Shown here: positions 9,896 through 20,092 of the stretch, one piece after another | How positions within the stretch are numbered: the stretch's first letter is position 1 | Layout: every line of letters starts with the position of its first letter | Made by a program: the position numbers and the translations under genes | Notes under the pieces: generated by a model | What the model saw: only the letters and a program-made list of their open reading frames with translations | Told to the model about the DNA's origin: nothing | Database searches by the model: none | NCBI GenBank assembly: GCA_963718665.1 | Contig: OY970359.1 | Location: forward strand, 352,001 to 416,000 | DNA from: an uncultured Phycisphaerales bacterium | Lineage (GTDB): Bacteria; Planctomycetota; Phycisphaerae; Sedimentisphaerales; Anaerobacaceae | Direction of reading: 5' to 3' | Length of the DNA: 64,000 nt

Positions 9896-10077
9896 GTGAT
9901 TTTTGCTTTTTTTGGCGTCAACCTTCGATGTTCGTCTAACGCCTTGAATGTAGTGGCGGAGTTTTCTAAAAAAGAGGAGTTTGTTATTAAAAAGCATTAA
10001 ACCACTCCCGAAAAGGAGTGGTGAAAAATATAAAAATTTTGTGTCTTAGTGCCTTGGTGGCAAAAAAGGAGAAAAAA

Positions 10078-12240
10078 ATGTCACACCAACACCCCCTCAT
10101 TCTGTCGCTCATTATCACCATCGCGAGTTTCCCCATCACAGCTAAGGCAAATTCTTTGGAAGGAAGCACTTCTCCGTACATTTTAAACGCTGAATTATAT
10201 AGTTCTCAACAGTATGAGATAGACACCAATGTTATCACTTTCAGCGAATTCCCGGTAGATACAAATATCACAAATCAATACGCCAATCGAGGTGTCATAT
10301 TCGGAACAGACGGAAATATCCCTTTTATCACCACCGACTCAGCGAATCCTACAAGTCCGGTTTTATCAGGAACGCCAAGATTTACTGGTCCAATCGAAGG
10401 CAGGTTTGTTAATCCGAATGACGGTGTAACGCCGATTGTCGTATCCGCGTTTTCTTTCGATGCGGGTTATTTTGATACTAATGGTTCAACACTCATTGAA
10501 TGGTTCGACCCCAATAACAATAAACTGGGAGAACAAACAAATTCGATTATCGGTATCCAGCATTTTAATATAGGTGGCTGTAACATTGCTCGCTGGCGGA
10601 TTTCGATAATAGGTTCTGAACCTGCTGGCTTTGCAATTGATAATCTGAAAATTGACTTGAGGAATTGGGATCTAAATAAGGTAGCCGACGTCAATAATGG
10701 CGATTGCGTCCTCCCGGGCCGCGAAATCACCTACACTATCACCTATAATTCCAATTGCACTGGCGACACCAATGTTGCACTTATTGACTATCTACCCGTT
10801 GAGGTCGATTATAATTCATCCTCCCCTGAAGGCGATTATGACCCGGCTGCGCGAACCGTTACTTGGAATATCGGAACTGTTCCTCTCGACAGCAATGGCA
10901 CATTTTTACTCAAGGTTAATGTTAATAATCTCGCAGAACCTTGTGGGGTGATTACGAATACTTGCGAATTGGGAGGCGATCACACATATGGTCTTGCTGA
11001 AGAAAATACACCTGTATGCGCTTGGAATGCGGGGGTTATTTACGTCGATTGCAACCGCACAGGCGGAAAAAACAACGGTATGTCTTGGCAAGACGCTTAT
11101 CTGGATTTGCAAAATGCATTAAACAGGGCAAGTATCGGAGGCGGTTCTCAAATCTGGGTCGCCAAGGGAACTTATAAGCCCTCTATTCCAGACCCTTGCA
11201 ACACATCTTACGGTCTGATATTCAAACTTATCAACGGCGTCCCTCTATATGGGCACTTCGCTGGTAATGAGACATCGCTTTCACAACGAAATCTCAGTGA
11301 CCAAAACAATGAAACCATCCTCAGCGGGACATATAACTATCTTGTAACCGCTTCCGGCTTTAGCCAAAACAATATCCTTGATGGCTTCACTATAACGGGA
11401 GGATATTATTCCCGCATCGCAATATTTAACGCCTACCTCACGGTTTCAAATTGTTTCATCAATGGAGCTGGAAACATATACGGCGGGATAAGCGAAGCCG
11501 GTTCCGGTTCTGCGCGAATTGTAGATTGTATCATATGCAATAACGGGCCAGGCATATTCTTCGATTCCTCTTCGTCAAATTTAACGGTTGTTACCGGATG
11601 TAAAATTTTTGCAAACACTTCTTTTGCTATTAGCATTATTGGACCTTCAAATTACGATATTCATGATAGTTGGATATATCGCAACGGCGGAGAAGGAATA
11701 TACTTTTACCCAACGACCGGCTTAACAACCATTCGCAATAACACCATTTTCGGAAATAAATCTTGGGGTATCGCTTGCGGCTCTTCAATAAAACCGATAA
11801 TCACAAGTTCAATTATCTGGGGCAATTCATCTGGAGACCTCTCTGGATGCAGCGGGAGTTATTTATGGCTGACCGCCAACGGCGACCCTTGTTTTGTTAA
11901 TGCAGATGCGAATGATTTCCATCTCAGGCCTGCCTCACTTTGCATAGACGCAGGCGACCCTTGTTTTATGGATTTCAACGACACCGATATTGACGGTGAA
12001 TGCCGGGTAATGTTCGGAAAATCAGCCATCCGGGTCGATATCGGGGCCGATGAGTTGGACTGGCCAAAGGCAGATTTTGACCGTAATAAGATCGTAAACT
12101 TTGTTGATTACGCAATTTGGGCGCCTGCATGGAAAACAACCGACCCAAACAAGTCGCTGGATCTGGATAATGACGTCGATATGGATGACCTTGCCCAGTT
12201 CTGCGACGACTGGTTATGGCAAGCCCCCTGGCAGGAATAA
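10078..12240 (+). CDS. Secreted multidomain protein: DUF11-like Ig domain, right-handed beta-helix, dockerin-like tail
   Basis: Signal peptide after AGGAG RBS; PGREITYTITY/VTWNIG (DUF11); SWQDAY..IWVAKGTY; DFHLRPASLCIDAG; ADFDRNKIVNFVDY. Confidence 0.85.
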   Translation: MSHQHPLILSLIITIASFPITAKANSLEGSTSPYILNAELYSSQQYEIDTNVITFSEFPVDTNITNQYANRGVIFGTDGNIPFITTDSANPTSPVLSGTPRFTGPIEGRFVNPNDGVTPIVVSAFSFDAGYFDTNGSTLIEWFDPNNNKLGEQTNSIIGIQHFNIGGCNIARWRISIIGSEPAGFAIDNLKIDLRNWDLNKVADVNNGDCVLPGREITYTITYNSNCTGDTNVALIDYLPVEVDYNSSSPEGDYDPAARTVTWNIGTVPLDSNGTFLLKVNVNNLAEPCGVITNTCELGGDHTYGLAEENTPVCAWNAGVIYVDCNRTGGKNNGMSWQDAYLDLQNALNRASIGGGSQIWVAKGTYKPSIPDPCNTSYGLIFKLINGVPLYGHFAGNETSLSQRNLSDQNNETILSGTYNYLVTASGFSQNNILDGFTITGGYYSRIAIFNAYLTVSNCFINGAGNIYGGISEAGSGSARIVDCIICNNGPGIFFDSSSSNLTVVTGCKIFANTSFAISIIGPSNYDIHDSWIYRNGGEGIYFYPTTGLTTIRNNTIFGNKSWGIACGSSIKPIITSSIIWGNSSGDLSGCSGSYLWLTANGDPCFVNADANDFHLRPASLCIDAGDPCFMDFNDTDIDGECRVMFGKSAIRVDIGADELDWPKADFDRNKIVNFVDYAIWAPAWKTTDPNKSLDLDNDVDMDDLAQFCDDWLWQAPWQE

Positions 12241-12244
12241 ACTC

Positions 12245-12445
12245 AACCACCAAGGCACTAAAACACCAAGTTTTATAAAGAAAAACAGTGTAAATCCTGT
12301 GTTAATCCGCGTCTAAAAAAATGTTGAATTCTCTGTGCTCTCTGTGTCCTCGGTGGCTAAAAAACTTTGTGGCAAAACAAAACTGCGGTTAAAATACTTT
12401 GAGTTTTGGCGTCTCGGTGGTAAAATTTCAGTGTAAATCAGTGAA
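12245..12445. repeat. Cluster of degenerate 9-mer periodic repeats
   Basis: ccaccaaggcactaaaacacc; cagtgtaaatcctgtgttaatccgcgtc; ctctgtgctctctgtgtcctcggtggc; ttggcgtctcggtgg; cagtgtaaatcagtg. Confidence 0.75.
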
Positions 12446-12471
12446 ACAAACGGTTATAATTTGAACCTACC

Positions 12472-12544
12472 GGGTAGGTAGCTCAGGTGGTAGAGCAGTG
12501 GACTGAAAATCCACGTGTCGTGAGTTCAACTCTCACCCTGCCCA
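12472..12544 (+). tRNA. tRNA-Phe(GAA)
   Basis: Acceptor GGGTAGG/CCTGCCC, anticodon arm GTGGA-CTGAAAA-TCCAC, GTTCAAC T-loop; CCA not encoded; TATAAT at 12455-12460. Confidence 0.97.
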
Positions 12545-13007
12545 TTAAAATCTCACTATGGATTTAATCCGCAGTTGCCTTCAAATCCGTTCGGTTCACT
12601 TATTGAGCAGAGAAATGAAACAGAGGAATATTTTAGATATGAGCGCAAACAACAGCCGTCGCGAATAATACGCCCACAACAAACCATTCCCACCATTTGG
12701 CTCTCGATGTTTCGCTGACGGCTTTCATTATTTTGCCTCCGTGTCACACTGATAAAACTCACAAGATTCCACTATATCGGGAAATCGCCTCTCCACATAT
12801 AGTATAGGAACAGGTATAGTGATGTAAAAATGCGTATTTAACAAACCGACACAATAAAATGCGAGGTATTTAACGATTGTATCGACTGCGCCGAACAGAT
12901 TCCCTTCACAAAGAACAAAAAGCCCGCTTTTCAGCATTGTTAACCAGAGCACAAAGTAATTTCTTGACAGGCCTATGGTTAATTTTGTAAATTGGTTCTT
13001 GATGACT

Positions 13008-13025
13008 TTGTGAATGTGAACACAA
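13008..13025. promoter_or_regulatory. Rex operator
   Basis: TTGTGAA-TGTG-AACACAA versus consensus TTGTGAA-N4-TTCACAA, directly upstream of rex. Confidence 0.8.
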
Positions 13026-13050
13026 GCACTAATTAGGCATAATATATATT

Positions 13051-13665
13051 GTGAGATACAGCAAGATTCCAAATGAGACGGTTCGTCGCCTGCCGGTTTA
13101 CCTTCGGGGGCTGGCCCTTATGTCCCGGCAGGGACTCAGCAGCGTCTCCAGCAGCAAATTAGCGGATTTTGTCAGCGTGAATCCCTGGCAGATAAGAAAG
13201 GACTTCTCCTACTTCGGCGACTTCGGGACACGCGGCGTCGGTTACGACATTGAAAACCTTGCTAAGCAAATCAAAAAGATATTAAAGCTCGATACGACGC
13301 AAAAAACCGCCCTGGTGGGCGTCGGCAACCTGGGTTCGGCCATAATGGCATACACAGGTTTTGGAACATACGGTTTTCAAATTACCGCCGCCTTCGATAA
13401 TGACCCCGCCAAAATCGGCCGCAAGATGAACAATGTCACGGTCGAAAGCATCTCAATGCTCGATACGCTTGGCAAGCGAGAGGTGGACATGGCTATTATC
13501 GCTGTGCCCGAACAGGCGGCACAGGATGTGGCGGATGCGCTGGTCGGGGCGGGCATAAAGGGAATATTGAATTTCTCCCCGCGAAGAATTATCGTCCCCA
13601 AGAAAATAAAGGTGATAACAATAGATATAGCGACGGACCTTGCCCGTCTGCCCTACTATATATGA
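13051..13665 (+). CDS. rex: Redox-sensing transcriptional repressor Rex
   Basis: RRLPVYLR, QIRKDFSYFGDFGTRGVGY, VGVGNLG, ILNFSP. Confidence 0.96.
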   Translation: MRYSKIPNETVRRLPVYLRGLALMSRQGLSSVSSSKLADFVSVNPWQIRKDFSYFGDFGTRGVGYDIENLAKQIKKILKLDTTQKTALVGVGNLGSAIMAYTGFGTYGFQITAAFDNDPAKIGRKMNNVTVESISMLDTLGKREVDMAIIAVPEQAAQDVADALVGAGIKGILNFSPRRIIVPKKIKVITIDIATDLARLPYYI

Positions 13666-13726
13666 AAATAGAGGCGTTCGGGTTTTGAGAAATAATGTTT
13701 GAGAACATTTTTAACAGAGGCGTAAA

Positions 13727-14767
13727 ATGAGAACAGTAACAATCGACAAAAACGCTTTCAGGCGGTTTGTGGATGAAATCATAAAACAGCAGCGAGTCAT
13801 CGGCGTCTGCGCCAAGGGCGACCGTTTCGATTTTGAGCAGCTCGAATCCGCCGACCAGCTTCGACTGGATTATGACGTAACGCTTCAGCCGCCGAAAAAA
13901 TACTTCCTGCCTCCGGTTGAAACGCTGCTGACTTTCGAAGTCGGCGACGGCTACAAGTCGGTTTACGATGATACCGCGTTTGTCCTTCTGGGCGTTCATC
14001 CTTATGATATGGTGGCGTTAAATCAGCTTGACAAGCTTTTCAGCCAGGATAATTACGATACCCACTATATGAAAAGACGTCATAACGCAACGATAGTCGC
14101 CTGCGACGTGATTTCACCATCCAAAAACGTATTTGCCTCCTCGATGGGCACGGCGACTGTCAAGGATGGTTTTGACGTTCTGCTGACCGATATAGGCAAC
14201 GCGTTTGTTATGGAAAGCGGCTCAAAGAAAGGTGATAGCTTTATCGCCAAAGCACAGGGCGCGGCTGACTCAAGCGAAAAGGACCTGCAGGCAAGGCATA
14301 AATTTCAGGCAGAAAACGAAAAACGGCTTAATAATCACAAACTCAAATGCGAGGCATCCTATCTGCCCAAACTGCTCGAAGAGGCATACGACCACCCTGT
14401 CTGGGAAGAAAAGGCCAAGACCTGCTTTAGCTGCGGCTCGTGCAATCTCGTCTGCCCGACCTGCTACTGCTTCAACGTGCAGGACGACGTAAACTGGGAC
14501 TTCATATCGGGCAAAAGACAGCGGGCCTGGGATGGCTGCCTGCTTGATGGTTTCACGAAAGTGGCGGGCGAGCACGAATTCAGGAAGAAACGAGCTGACC
14601 GCTTCAGGCACCGCCTGTATCGAAAATGCAAATACGTGCCCGAAAAAATAAGCAGCCAGATAATGTCATGCGTCGGGTGCGGGCGATGCGTGGGCGCGTG
14701 CCTGCCGGATATCGCAAACCCGGTCAAGGTTTACAACAGGTTAGTTGACGATTTGGGAATAAAGTAA
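13727..14767 (+). CDS. hydB: Group 3b [NiFe]-hydrogenase (sulfhydrogenase) beta, Fe-S subunit
   Basis: CFSCGSCNLVCPTCYC, RAWDGC, CVGCGRCVGAC. Confidence 0.9.
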   Translation: MRTVTIDKNAFRRFVDEIIKQQRVIGVCAKGDRFDFEQLESADQLRLDYDVTLQPPKKYFLPPVETLLTFEVGDGYKSVYDDTAFVLLGVHPYDMVALNQLDKLFSQDNYDTHYMKRRHNATIVACDVISPSKNVFASSMGTATVKDGFDVLLTDIGNAFVMESGSKKGDSFIAKAQGAADSSEKDLQARHKFQAENEKRLNNHKLKCEASYLPKLLEEAYDHPVWEEKAKTCFSCGSCNLVCPTCYCFNVQDDVNWDFISGKRQRAWDGCLLDGFTKVAGEHEFRKKRADRFRHRLYRKCKYVPEKISSQIMSCVGCGRCVGACLPDIANPVKVYNRLVDDLGIK

Positions 14768-14810
14768 TTCAAGTCGAGCGATTCGACATAAAAATATAGG
14801 AGCGTTAACA

Positions 14811-15653
14811 ATGTGTGAACGTTGTGTTATCGAAAAAGACATTTACCTGCCCCGGCTGGCAACCCTCGAAAAAAAGCGGCTGATGAACCCGACCGAGATG
14901 TATCTTCGGCTGTCAATCGATGACAGCGAGCCGTTTGACTTTATCCCGGGCCAGTTCGTCGAGGTATCAATCGCGGGCGTGGGCGAGGCGCCGGTTACAA
15001 TATCATCATCCCCTACGCAAAAGGGCTACTTCGAGCTGGTCGTCCGCAGAATCGGCAACGTTACCAACGCGATTCATCGGCTAAGAATCGGCGACAAAAT
15101 CGGGATACGAGGCCCGCTGGGAAAAGGCACATACCCGGTGGAAGAGGCAAAGGGCAAAAATGTCGTGTTTATCTGCGGCGGCATCGGGCTGGTGTCCCAA
15201 AGGTCTTTTATCAACTACATCCTCGATAACCGTGCCGATTACAAAGAGCTTGCTGTCCTGCTCGGAACAAAGTGTCTGTCGCAAAGGTTCTTCCACTCGG
15301 AGCTCGACGCCTGGTCGCACAGGAGCGACATACGATTTATGGAAACAATCGACCAGACCGACGACTGCTGGCTCGGCAACGTCGGCGTCGTTACCACCCT
15401 TATTCCAAAAATTGAAACTGAGCTTCAGTCGGCGCTGGTTTTTATCTGCGGGCCGCCGGTTATGTATAAATTCGTGCTGATGGCCCTGCAGGAAGCGGAA
15501 GTGCCCAGAGAAAGAATATTCCTGAACCTCGAAAGAAAAATGAAATGCGGCGTAGGCAAGTGCGGGCACTGCCAGATTAACAATTATTATGCCTGTATAG
15601 ACGGGCCGGTATTCCGTTATTCCGACCTGCGTATAGCCCCGGAGGCAATCTGA
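14811..15653 (+). CDS. hydG: Sulfhydrogenase gamma, FAD/NAD(P)-binding subunit
   Basis: PGQF, RGPLG, GGIGL, CGPPVM, ERKMKCGVGKCGHC, CIDGPVF. Confidence 0.9.
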   Translation: MCERCVIEKDIYLPRLATLEKKRLMNPTEMYLRLSIDDSEPFDFIPGQFVEVSIAGVGEAPVTISSSPTQKGYFELVVRRIGNVTNAIHRLRIGDKIGIRGPLGKGTYPVEEAKGKNVVFICGGIGLVSQRSFINYILDNRADYKELAVLLGTKCLSQRFFHSELDAWSHRSDIRFMETIDQTDDCWLGNVGVVTTLIPKIETELQSALVFICGPPVMYKFVLMALQEAEVPRERIFLNLERKMKCGVGKCGHCQINNYYACIDGPVFRYSDLRIAPEAI

Positions 15654-15654
15654 T

Positions 15655-16404
15655 ATGGACAGACCAAGAGTAGCGATTTTCGACTTCGCCTGCTGTGAAG
15701 GATGCCAGTTGCAAATCGTCAACCTCGAAGAGGAGCTGCTTGACCTCATCGATAACGTTGACGTGGTCGAATGGCGAGAGGCGATGAGCGAGCAAAGCCA
15801 CGAATACGACATCGCCATAATCGAGGGGTCAATTACCAGGCCCGAAGACGAGCAACGATTAGAGATTATCAGGACAAGGGCAAAGACGCTAATCGCTCTT
15901 GGCGCCTGCGCCACAATCGGCGGAATCAACAAGCTTAAGAACAACTTTGAGATGAACGACGTTAAAAAGTGTGTTTACGGCAAGTCGGCCGATATGCCTC
16001 ATCTTGAAACTATGCCGACAAAAGCGGTGGATGAGGTGGTCAAGGTGGATTTCAAAATCCACGGCTGCCCGATAGACAGGAAGGAATTCAGTTATGTTGT
16101 TCGCTGCCTGCTTATGGGCAAAAAACCGGAGATACCCGAATGGCCCGTATGCGTGGAATGCAAATCGAAAGGCAACCCGTGCCTGTGGGACTATGGGCAG
16201 GTTTGCCTGGGGCCTATTATCAGGGCCGGCTGCGGCGCAAGATGCCCGTCGTCGGGCTTCAGATGTTTCGGTTGTCGGGGCTACATCGATAACCCGAACG
16301 TCAATGGCGCAAAGGATGTTATTGAACGATATGGCTTGAGCGTCGATGCGCTCAAGGCAAAGATGGTTCTTTTTGGAATCGGTCAGGGGCCAACAAATGC
16401 ATAA
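15655..16404 (+). CDS. hydD: Sulfhydrogenase delta, small subunit
   Basis: CCEGCQ, EGS, GACA, GCP, CLGP..AGCGARCP..CFGCRG. Confidence 0.92.
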   Translation: MDRPRVAIFDFACCEGCQLQIVNLEEELLDLIDNVDVVEWREAMSEQSHEYDIAIIEGSITRPEDEQRLEIIRTRAKTLIALGACATIGGINKLKNNFEMNDVKKCVYGKSADMPHLETMPTKAVDEVVKVDFKIHGCPIDRKEFSYVVRCLLMGKKPEIPEWPVCVECKSKGNPCLWDYGQVCLGPIIRAGCGARCPSSGFRCFGCRGYIDNPNVNGAKDVIERYGLSVDALKAKMVLFGIGQGPTNA

Positions 16405-17707
16405 CAATCTCGATATCAACGTTCATCATATAACCCGCGTCGAAGGACACGGCAACATAGTCGTAAACGTGAAAAACGGCAAAATCGAAAAGCTCCAGTG
16501 GCAGGTGTCCGAGGCGCCGCGATTCTTCGAGGCGATGGTCCGGGGTCATAGCTACCAGGACATACAAACGATTGTCTCGCGAATCTGCGGGATATGCTCA
16601 ATCACGCATTCGCTGGCCGCGACCAAGGCGGTCGAATCCGCGCTGGGCATAAAGGTTTCCGAACAGGCGGATAAGCTCCGAATACTGATGCATTACTCTG
16701 AGCAACTGCAAAGCCATACCCTGCACGTCGGATACCTGGCTGCACCGGATTTCTTCGGCACGCCATCCGTTGTGCCTCTCGTCGCCAGGGCGACGGACAC
16801 CGTAAAAACGATTGTCAAGGCGCACAGAATCGCCAATACCTGGTCGGACCTCATCGCCGGTAGAACGACTCACCCTGTAACGCTCATCCCCGGCGGCTTG
16901 ACCCGAATACCAACTGAAAAACAGTTACGCCAATTACAGCAGACGCTCAAAGATGCTGTGCCCGACCTCAAAAAAATCGCCGAGGTGGTTTTAAGCGTCG
17001 TGGCAAACATCCCCAAATTTGAACGCCCCACCGAATACGTATCGCTCAAACAGACCACCCCGCCGACATACACCTTCTATCACGGCGGCGTAACATCCAA
17101 CGACAACAAAGGCGCGGTTGTGCCCGTTGAAAAATGGCACGACGTCGCGAACGAATACATGGTTGAGCAATCGACGGCAAAATGGGCAAAGTGGCATCGT
17201 GACGCATACGCGGTCGGCGCGCTGGCAAGATTCAACAACAACGCCGAATTGCTTAGCCCGATGGCCAAAGACGCCGCCAAGACATTCGGACTCCAAAAGG
17301 GCTGCTGCAACCCGTATATGAATACTGTCGCCCAGCTTGTCGAGTGCTTCCACGTCGTTGAGACAAGTATCGAAATTATTGACCAGCTGCTGACCCGTGG
17401 CCTGAAGACGGAAAAAGTTATATCCTCGCCCAAGGCCGGCAAAGGCGCCGGATGCGTCGAGGCGCCTCGCGGGATACTGTTCCACGAATACGAATTCGAC
17501 AAGAACGGCAAATGCGTCGCTGCCGATATTTGCATCCCGACGAACCAGAACCACGCCAATGTACAGAAAGATTTCGAAAAGCTGCTTCCTGAAATCCTGG
17601 ACCAGAGCGAAAAGGACATTCGACTGAAACTTGAAATGTTAGTTCGCTCTTATGACCCGTGCATCTCCTGCTCAACGCATTTCCTCAACGTGCAGTTTGT
17701 GAGGTAA
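16397..17707 (+). CDS. hydA: [NiFe]-hydrogenase large (alpha) subunit, group 3b
   Basis: TRVEGHG, L1 RICGICSITH, EAPRG, L2 DPCISCSTH plus a short cleavable tail; start ATG 16397. Confidence 0.95.
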   Translation: MHNNLDINVHHITRVEGHGNIVVNVKNGKIEKLQWQVSEAPRFFEAMVRGHSYQDIQTIVSRICGICSITHSLAATKAVESALGIKVSEQADKLRILMHYSEQLQSHTLHVGYLAAPDFFGTPSVVPLVARATDTVKTIVKAHRIANTWSDLIAGRTTHPVTLIPGGLTRIPTEKQLRQLQQTLKDAVPDLKKIAEVVLSVVANIPKFERPTEYVSLKQTTPPTYTFYHGGVTSNDNKGAVVPVEKWHDVANEYMVEQSTAKWAKWHRDAYAVGALARFNNNAELLSPMAKDAAKTFGLQKGCCNPYMNTVAQLVECFHVVETSIEIIDQLLTRGLKTEKVISSPKAGKGAGCVEAPRGILFHEYEFDKNGKCVAADICIPTNQNHANVQKDFEKLLPEILDQSEKDIRLKLEMLVRSYDPCISCSTHFLNVQFVR

Positions 17708-17708
17708 A

Positions 17709-17785
17709 TTCACCGCCGAGCACGCTGAGACCGCAGAGGAAAAAATCCAAAATAACCTCTGCGTGCTTTGCGAACTCTGCGGTAA
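17709..17785. repeat. 9-mer periodic hairpin (CGCAGAG family) between hydA and the maturation protease
   Basis: caccgccgagcacgctgagaccgcagagg / cctctgcgtgctttgcgaactctgcggt. Confidence 0.8.
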
Positions 17786-17794
17786 AAAAGCTGT

Positions 17795-18268
17795 GTGACA
17801 AATCAAACGCCCAAAAAGGATACAGTCGTCATAGGACTTGGCAATCTGCTGTTGTCCGATGAGGGCATAGGTATTCATTTAATCCGAAAGCTTTCTGAGC
17901 ATCAGGACAAATTCTCTTCCGTTGAATTCATCGACGCGGGCACGGGCGGAATGAATGTTCTGCATTTAATCGCAAACCGCAAAAAGACCATTATCATCGA
18001 CTGTGTTAAAATGGGTAAGAAGCCGGGAACAATCAAGCGATTCGAGCCGACTGACGCCCAAACCACGAAAAAAATGACGCACTTTTCCCTTCACGAGGCG
18101 GATATCCTGCAAGTTATAAATTTATCCGTACAGCTCGGAGAATGTCCGAACCAGATAGTGATTTTCGGCATTGAGCCGGAATCGCTTGAGTTGGGCCAAA
18201 AACTGAGCAAAACGCTCTCCGACGGAATTGACAATTACTCAATCGACATCTGCAAAGAACTTCGCTAA
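17795..18268 (+). CDS. Hydrogenase maturation protease
   Basis: GLGNLLLSDEGIG, DAGT, IIDC, SLH, GIEP. Confidence 0.93.
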   Translation: MTNQTPKKDTVVIGLGNLLLSDEGIGIHLIRKLSEHQDKFSSVEFIDAGTGGMNVLHLIANRKKTIIIDCVKMGKKPGTIKRFEPTDAQTTKKMTHFSLHEADILQVINLSVQLGECPNQIVIFGIEPESLELGQKLSKTLSDGIDNYSIDICKELR

Positions 18269-18315
18269 GATTTCTGCAATATATAAACATCATCAACCGT
18301 CATAGATTGTGAATT

Positions 18316-18960
18316 ATGAAACCTGCAGGCAACGAAAAACTGGGCCGGGCCTTTACGCTCGTGGAATTACTGGTGGTCATCAGTGTAATCGGGCTTTTAA
18401 TGGCAATACTGCTTCCTGCGCTCGGCAGAGCCAGGGGCGTTGCAAAACGAACCTACTGTGAGTCAAATCTTCGGCAAATCGGCGTCGCGATCAGGGCATA
18501 TCTTGACGATAACCGCGATATATTTCCCCTTGCCTGTGCCTACCCGTGGTCTATTACTGACCCAACTAACCCTGGTTACCTTCCGCCTATAACAAATTTC
18601 TTAGGCCCCCTCCTGAAAAATCCAAAGGTCTTTATCTGCCCCGCGGATACCACCACCCCTACACCCCCTTACTCCCCCTATTACTCAAGAACTGGAAATA
18701 CCAGTTATTGCTACCGAGGTTACCCGGAGCCGCCGCCCATCCCGCCAACTTCATGTTATCAAATAGACGGCCTGGGTGGAATAACAATATACCAGTCATG
18801 CGATGCCCAGCAGGGCATCAAACTGAACAACATAGAAGTTATGAGTGATTTTGACAAAGTTCACCCGGGATATACGGGGACATTCAGGAAAAGGGTCGGT
18901 CAGAAAAACTATTTGTTTGCCGACTGGCATGTCGGCAACTATAAAAACCAGGACCAGTAA
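18316..18960 (+). CDS. Prepilin-type N-terminal cleavage/methylation protein (DUF1559-like)
   Basis: RA^FTLVELLVVISVIGLLMAILLPAL, CESNLRQIG, FICPAD, NYLFADWHV. Confidence 0.88.
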   Translation: MKPAGNEKLGRAFTLVELLVVISVIGLLMAILLPALGRARGVAKRTYCESNLRQIGVAIRAYLDDNRDIFPLACAYPWSITDPTNPGYLPPITNFLGPLLKNPKVFICPADTTTPTPPYSPYYSRTGNTSYCYRGYPEPPPIPPTSCYQIDGLGGITIYQSCDAQQGIKLNNIEVMSDFDKVHPGYTGTFRKRVGQKNYLFADWHVGNYKNQDQ

Positions 18961-18963
18961 AAT

Positions 18964-19561
18964 ATGACAAAGAAAAATAAAAAAATTCTGATAGCAGTAA
19001 TCGTTTTGGTTATCGGTGCGGCAATTGCTATAACGATGGCAGTCAGTCATTACAGCAAACCCGATTTCACAAAAATGTCCCCTCAGCAGATTCGCCAGTA
19101 TTTCGATTCCAACGAGTTCAGGGACGCAAACGAGGACAAAAGACGGGAAGCATTCGAGCAGATGCGCGACGCAATGGAGACAAGGATGATAAATCGGGCA
19201 AATGAGTATGCCGCATTGTCCGCCGACGAAAAAACGGTTTACTTAGACAAGATAATCGATGAAATGGAGGCCCGGCGGGCGGCAAGAGACGCCAACGATG
19301 CCAACGGCCCGCCTGACCCGAACAGATTTCGAAGGTTCGGCCCTCAAGACCCCAATTCCCAGCGGCGACAGCAGGCCTTCCGCCAGCAGTTCCGCCAGCC
19401 GAATCCTGAAAGAAGAAGAGAACGCTCTTCAAGAATGAGGCGCTGATACGATGGTTAACATGATGCAATTCCGTCAGGATTTGATGAATCGTATGCAGGA
19501 ACGGGGCATACAGATGGGCCCAGGTCGAGGCGGCTTCGGCGGCCCTCCGCCAGGCAGATAA
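18964..19561 (+). pseudogene. Membrane-anchored helical protein with a +1 frameshift near 19440
   Basis: ORF 18964-19446 stops at RMRR*; removing one G gives ..RMSADTMVNMMQFRQDLMNRMQERGIQMGPGRGGFGGPPPGR* (stop 19561). Confidence 0.7.
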
Positions 19562-19580
19562 CCAGACCTATTACATTACT

Positions 19581-19606
19581 GTCATTCCCTCGCAAGCGGG
19601 AATCCA
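19581..19606 (+). repeat. REP-like palindrome (GTCATTCCCGC..GCGGGAATCCA type)
   Basis: gtcattccctcgcaagcgggaatcca. Confidence 0.7.
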
Positions 19607-20092
19607 AATATCATCATAAATCGCAGTCTATCCCACGGGGACGGGCTGCTTATATCAGTTGGTGCAAAGAGGTGATGTAACAACTTGCAATTTCTAAACC
19701 CTCAAATAGTCTCTTGCTGTCTTTCCCCCAAAAAATAATTGCAAAAAATCCGGAATAATCATCAACTTTTAGTGCTCTACAAACGCCTTTGAGTGTAGAG
19801 GCTTCTGAAAAACTGAGGCGCAACTTTTTTCGTGTTTCGCCAAAAATCTTTGAAAATACTATTGAGTTTTCGTAAAGAATTGCCGAAAGATATGCGAACA
19901 GCAACCGACAATACTAACCTGAATCTGAACGAAGCCTGCCGACAAAGCGCTGTTCGCACAGTTATCCCCCAAGCTGATTCCGCAGGTTTTTTTCAACATT
20001 ATGTTTCCTCCGACATAGAACAGGGCAGGGCAGGACGCGCCCTGTCCGCCATAATCTTTTTTTAATAATTCCAATATATGATGGAGGCTATC

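Noticed and set aside
12556..13072. Short minus-strand ORFs between tRNA-Phe and rex
   Set aside because: No RBS or recognisable motifs; they overlap the rex promoter region
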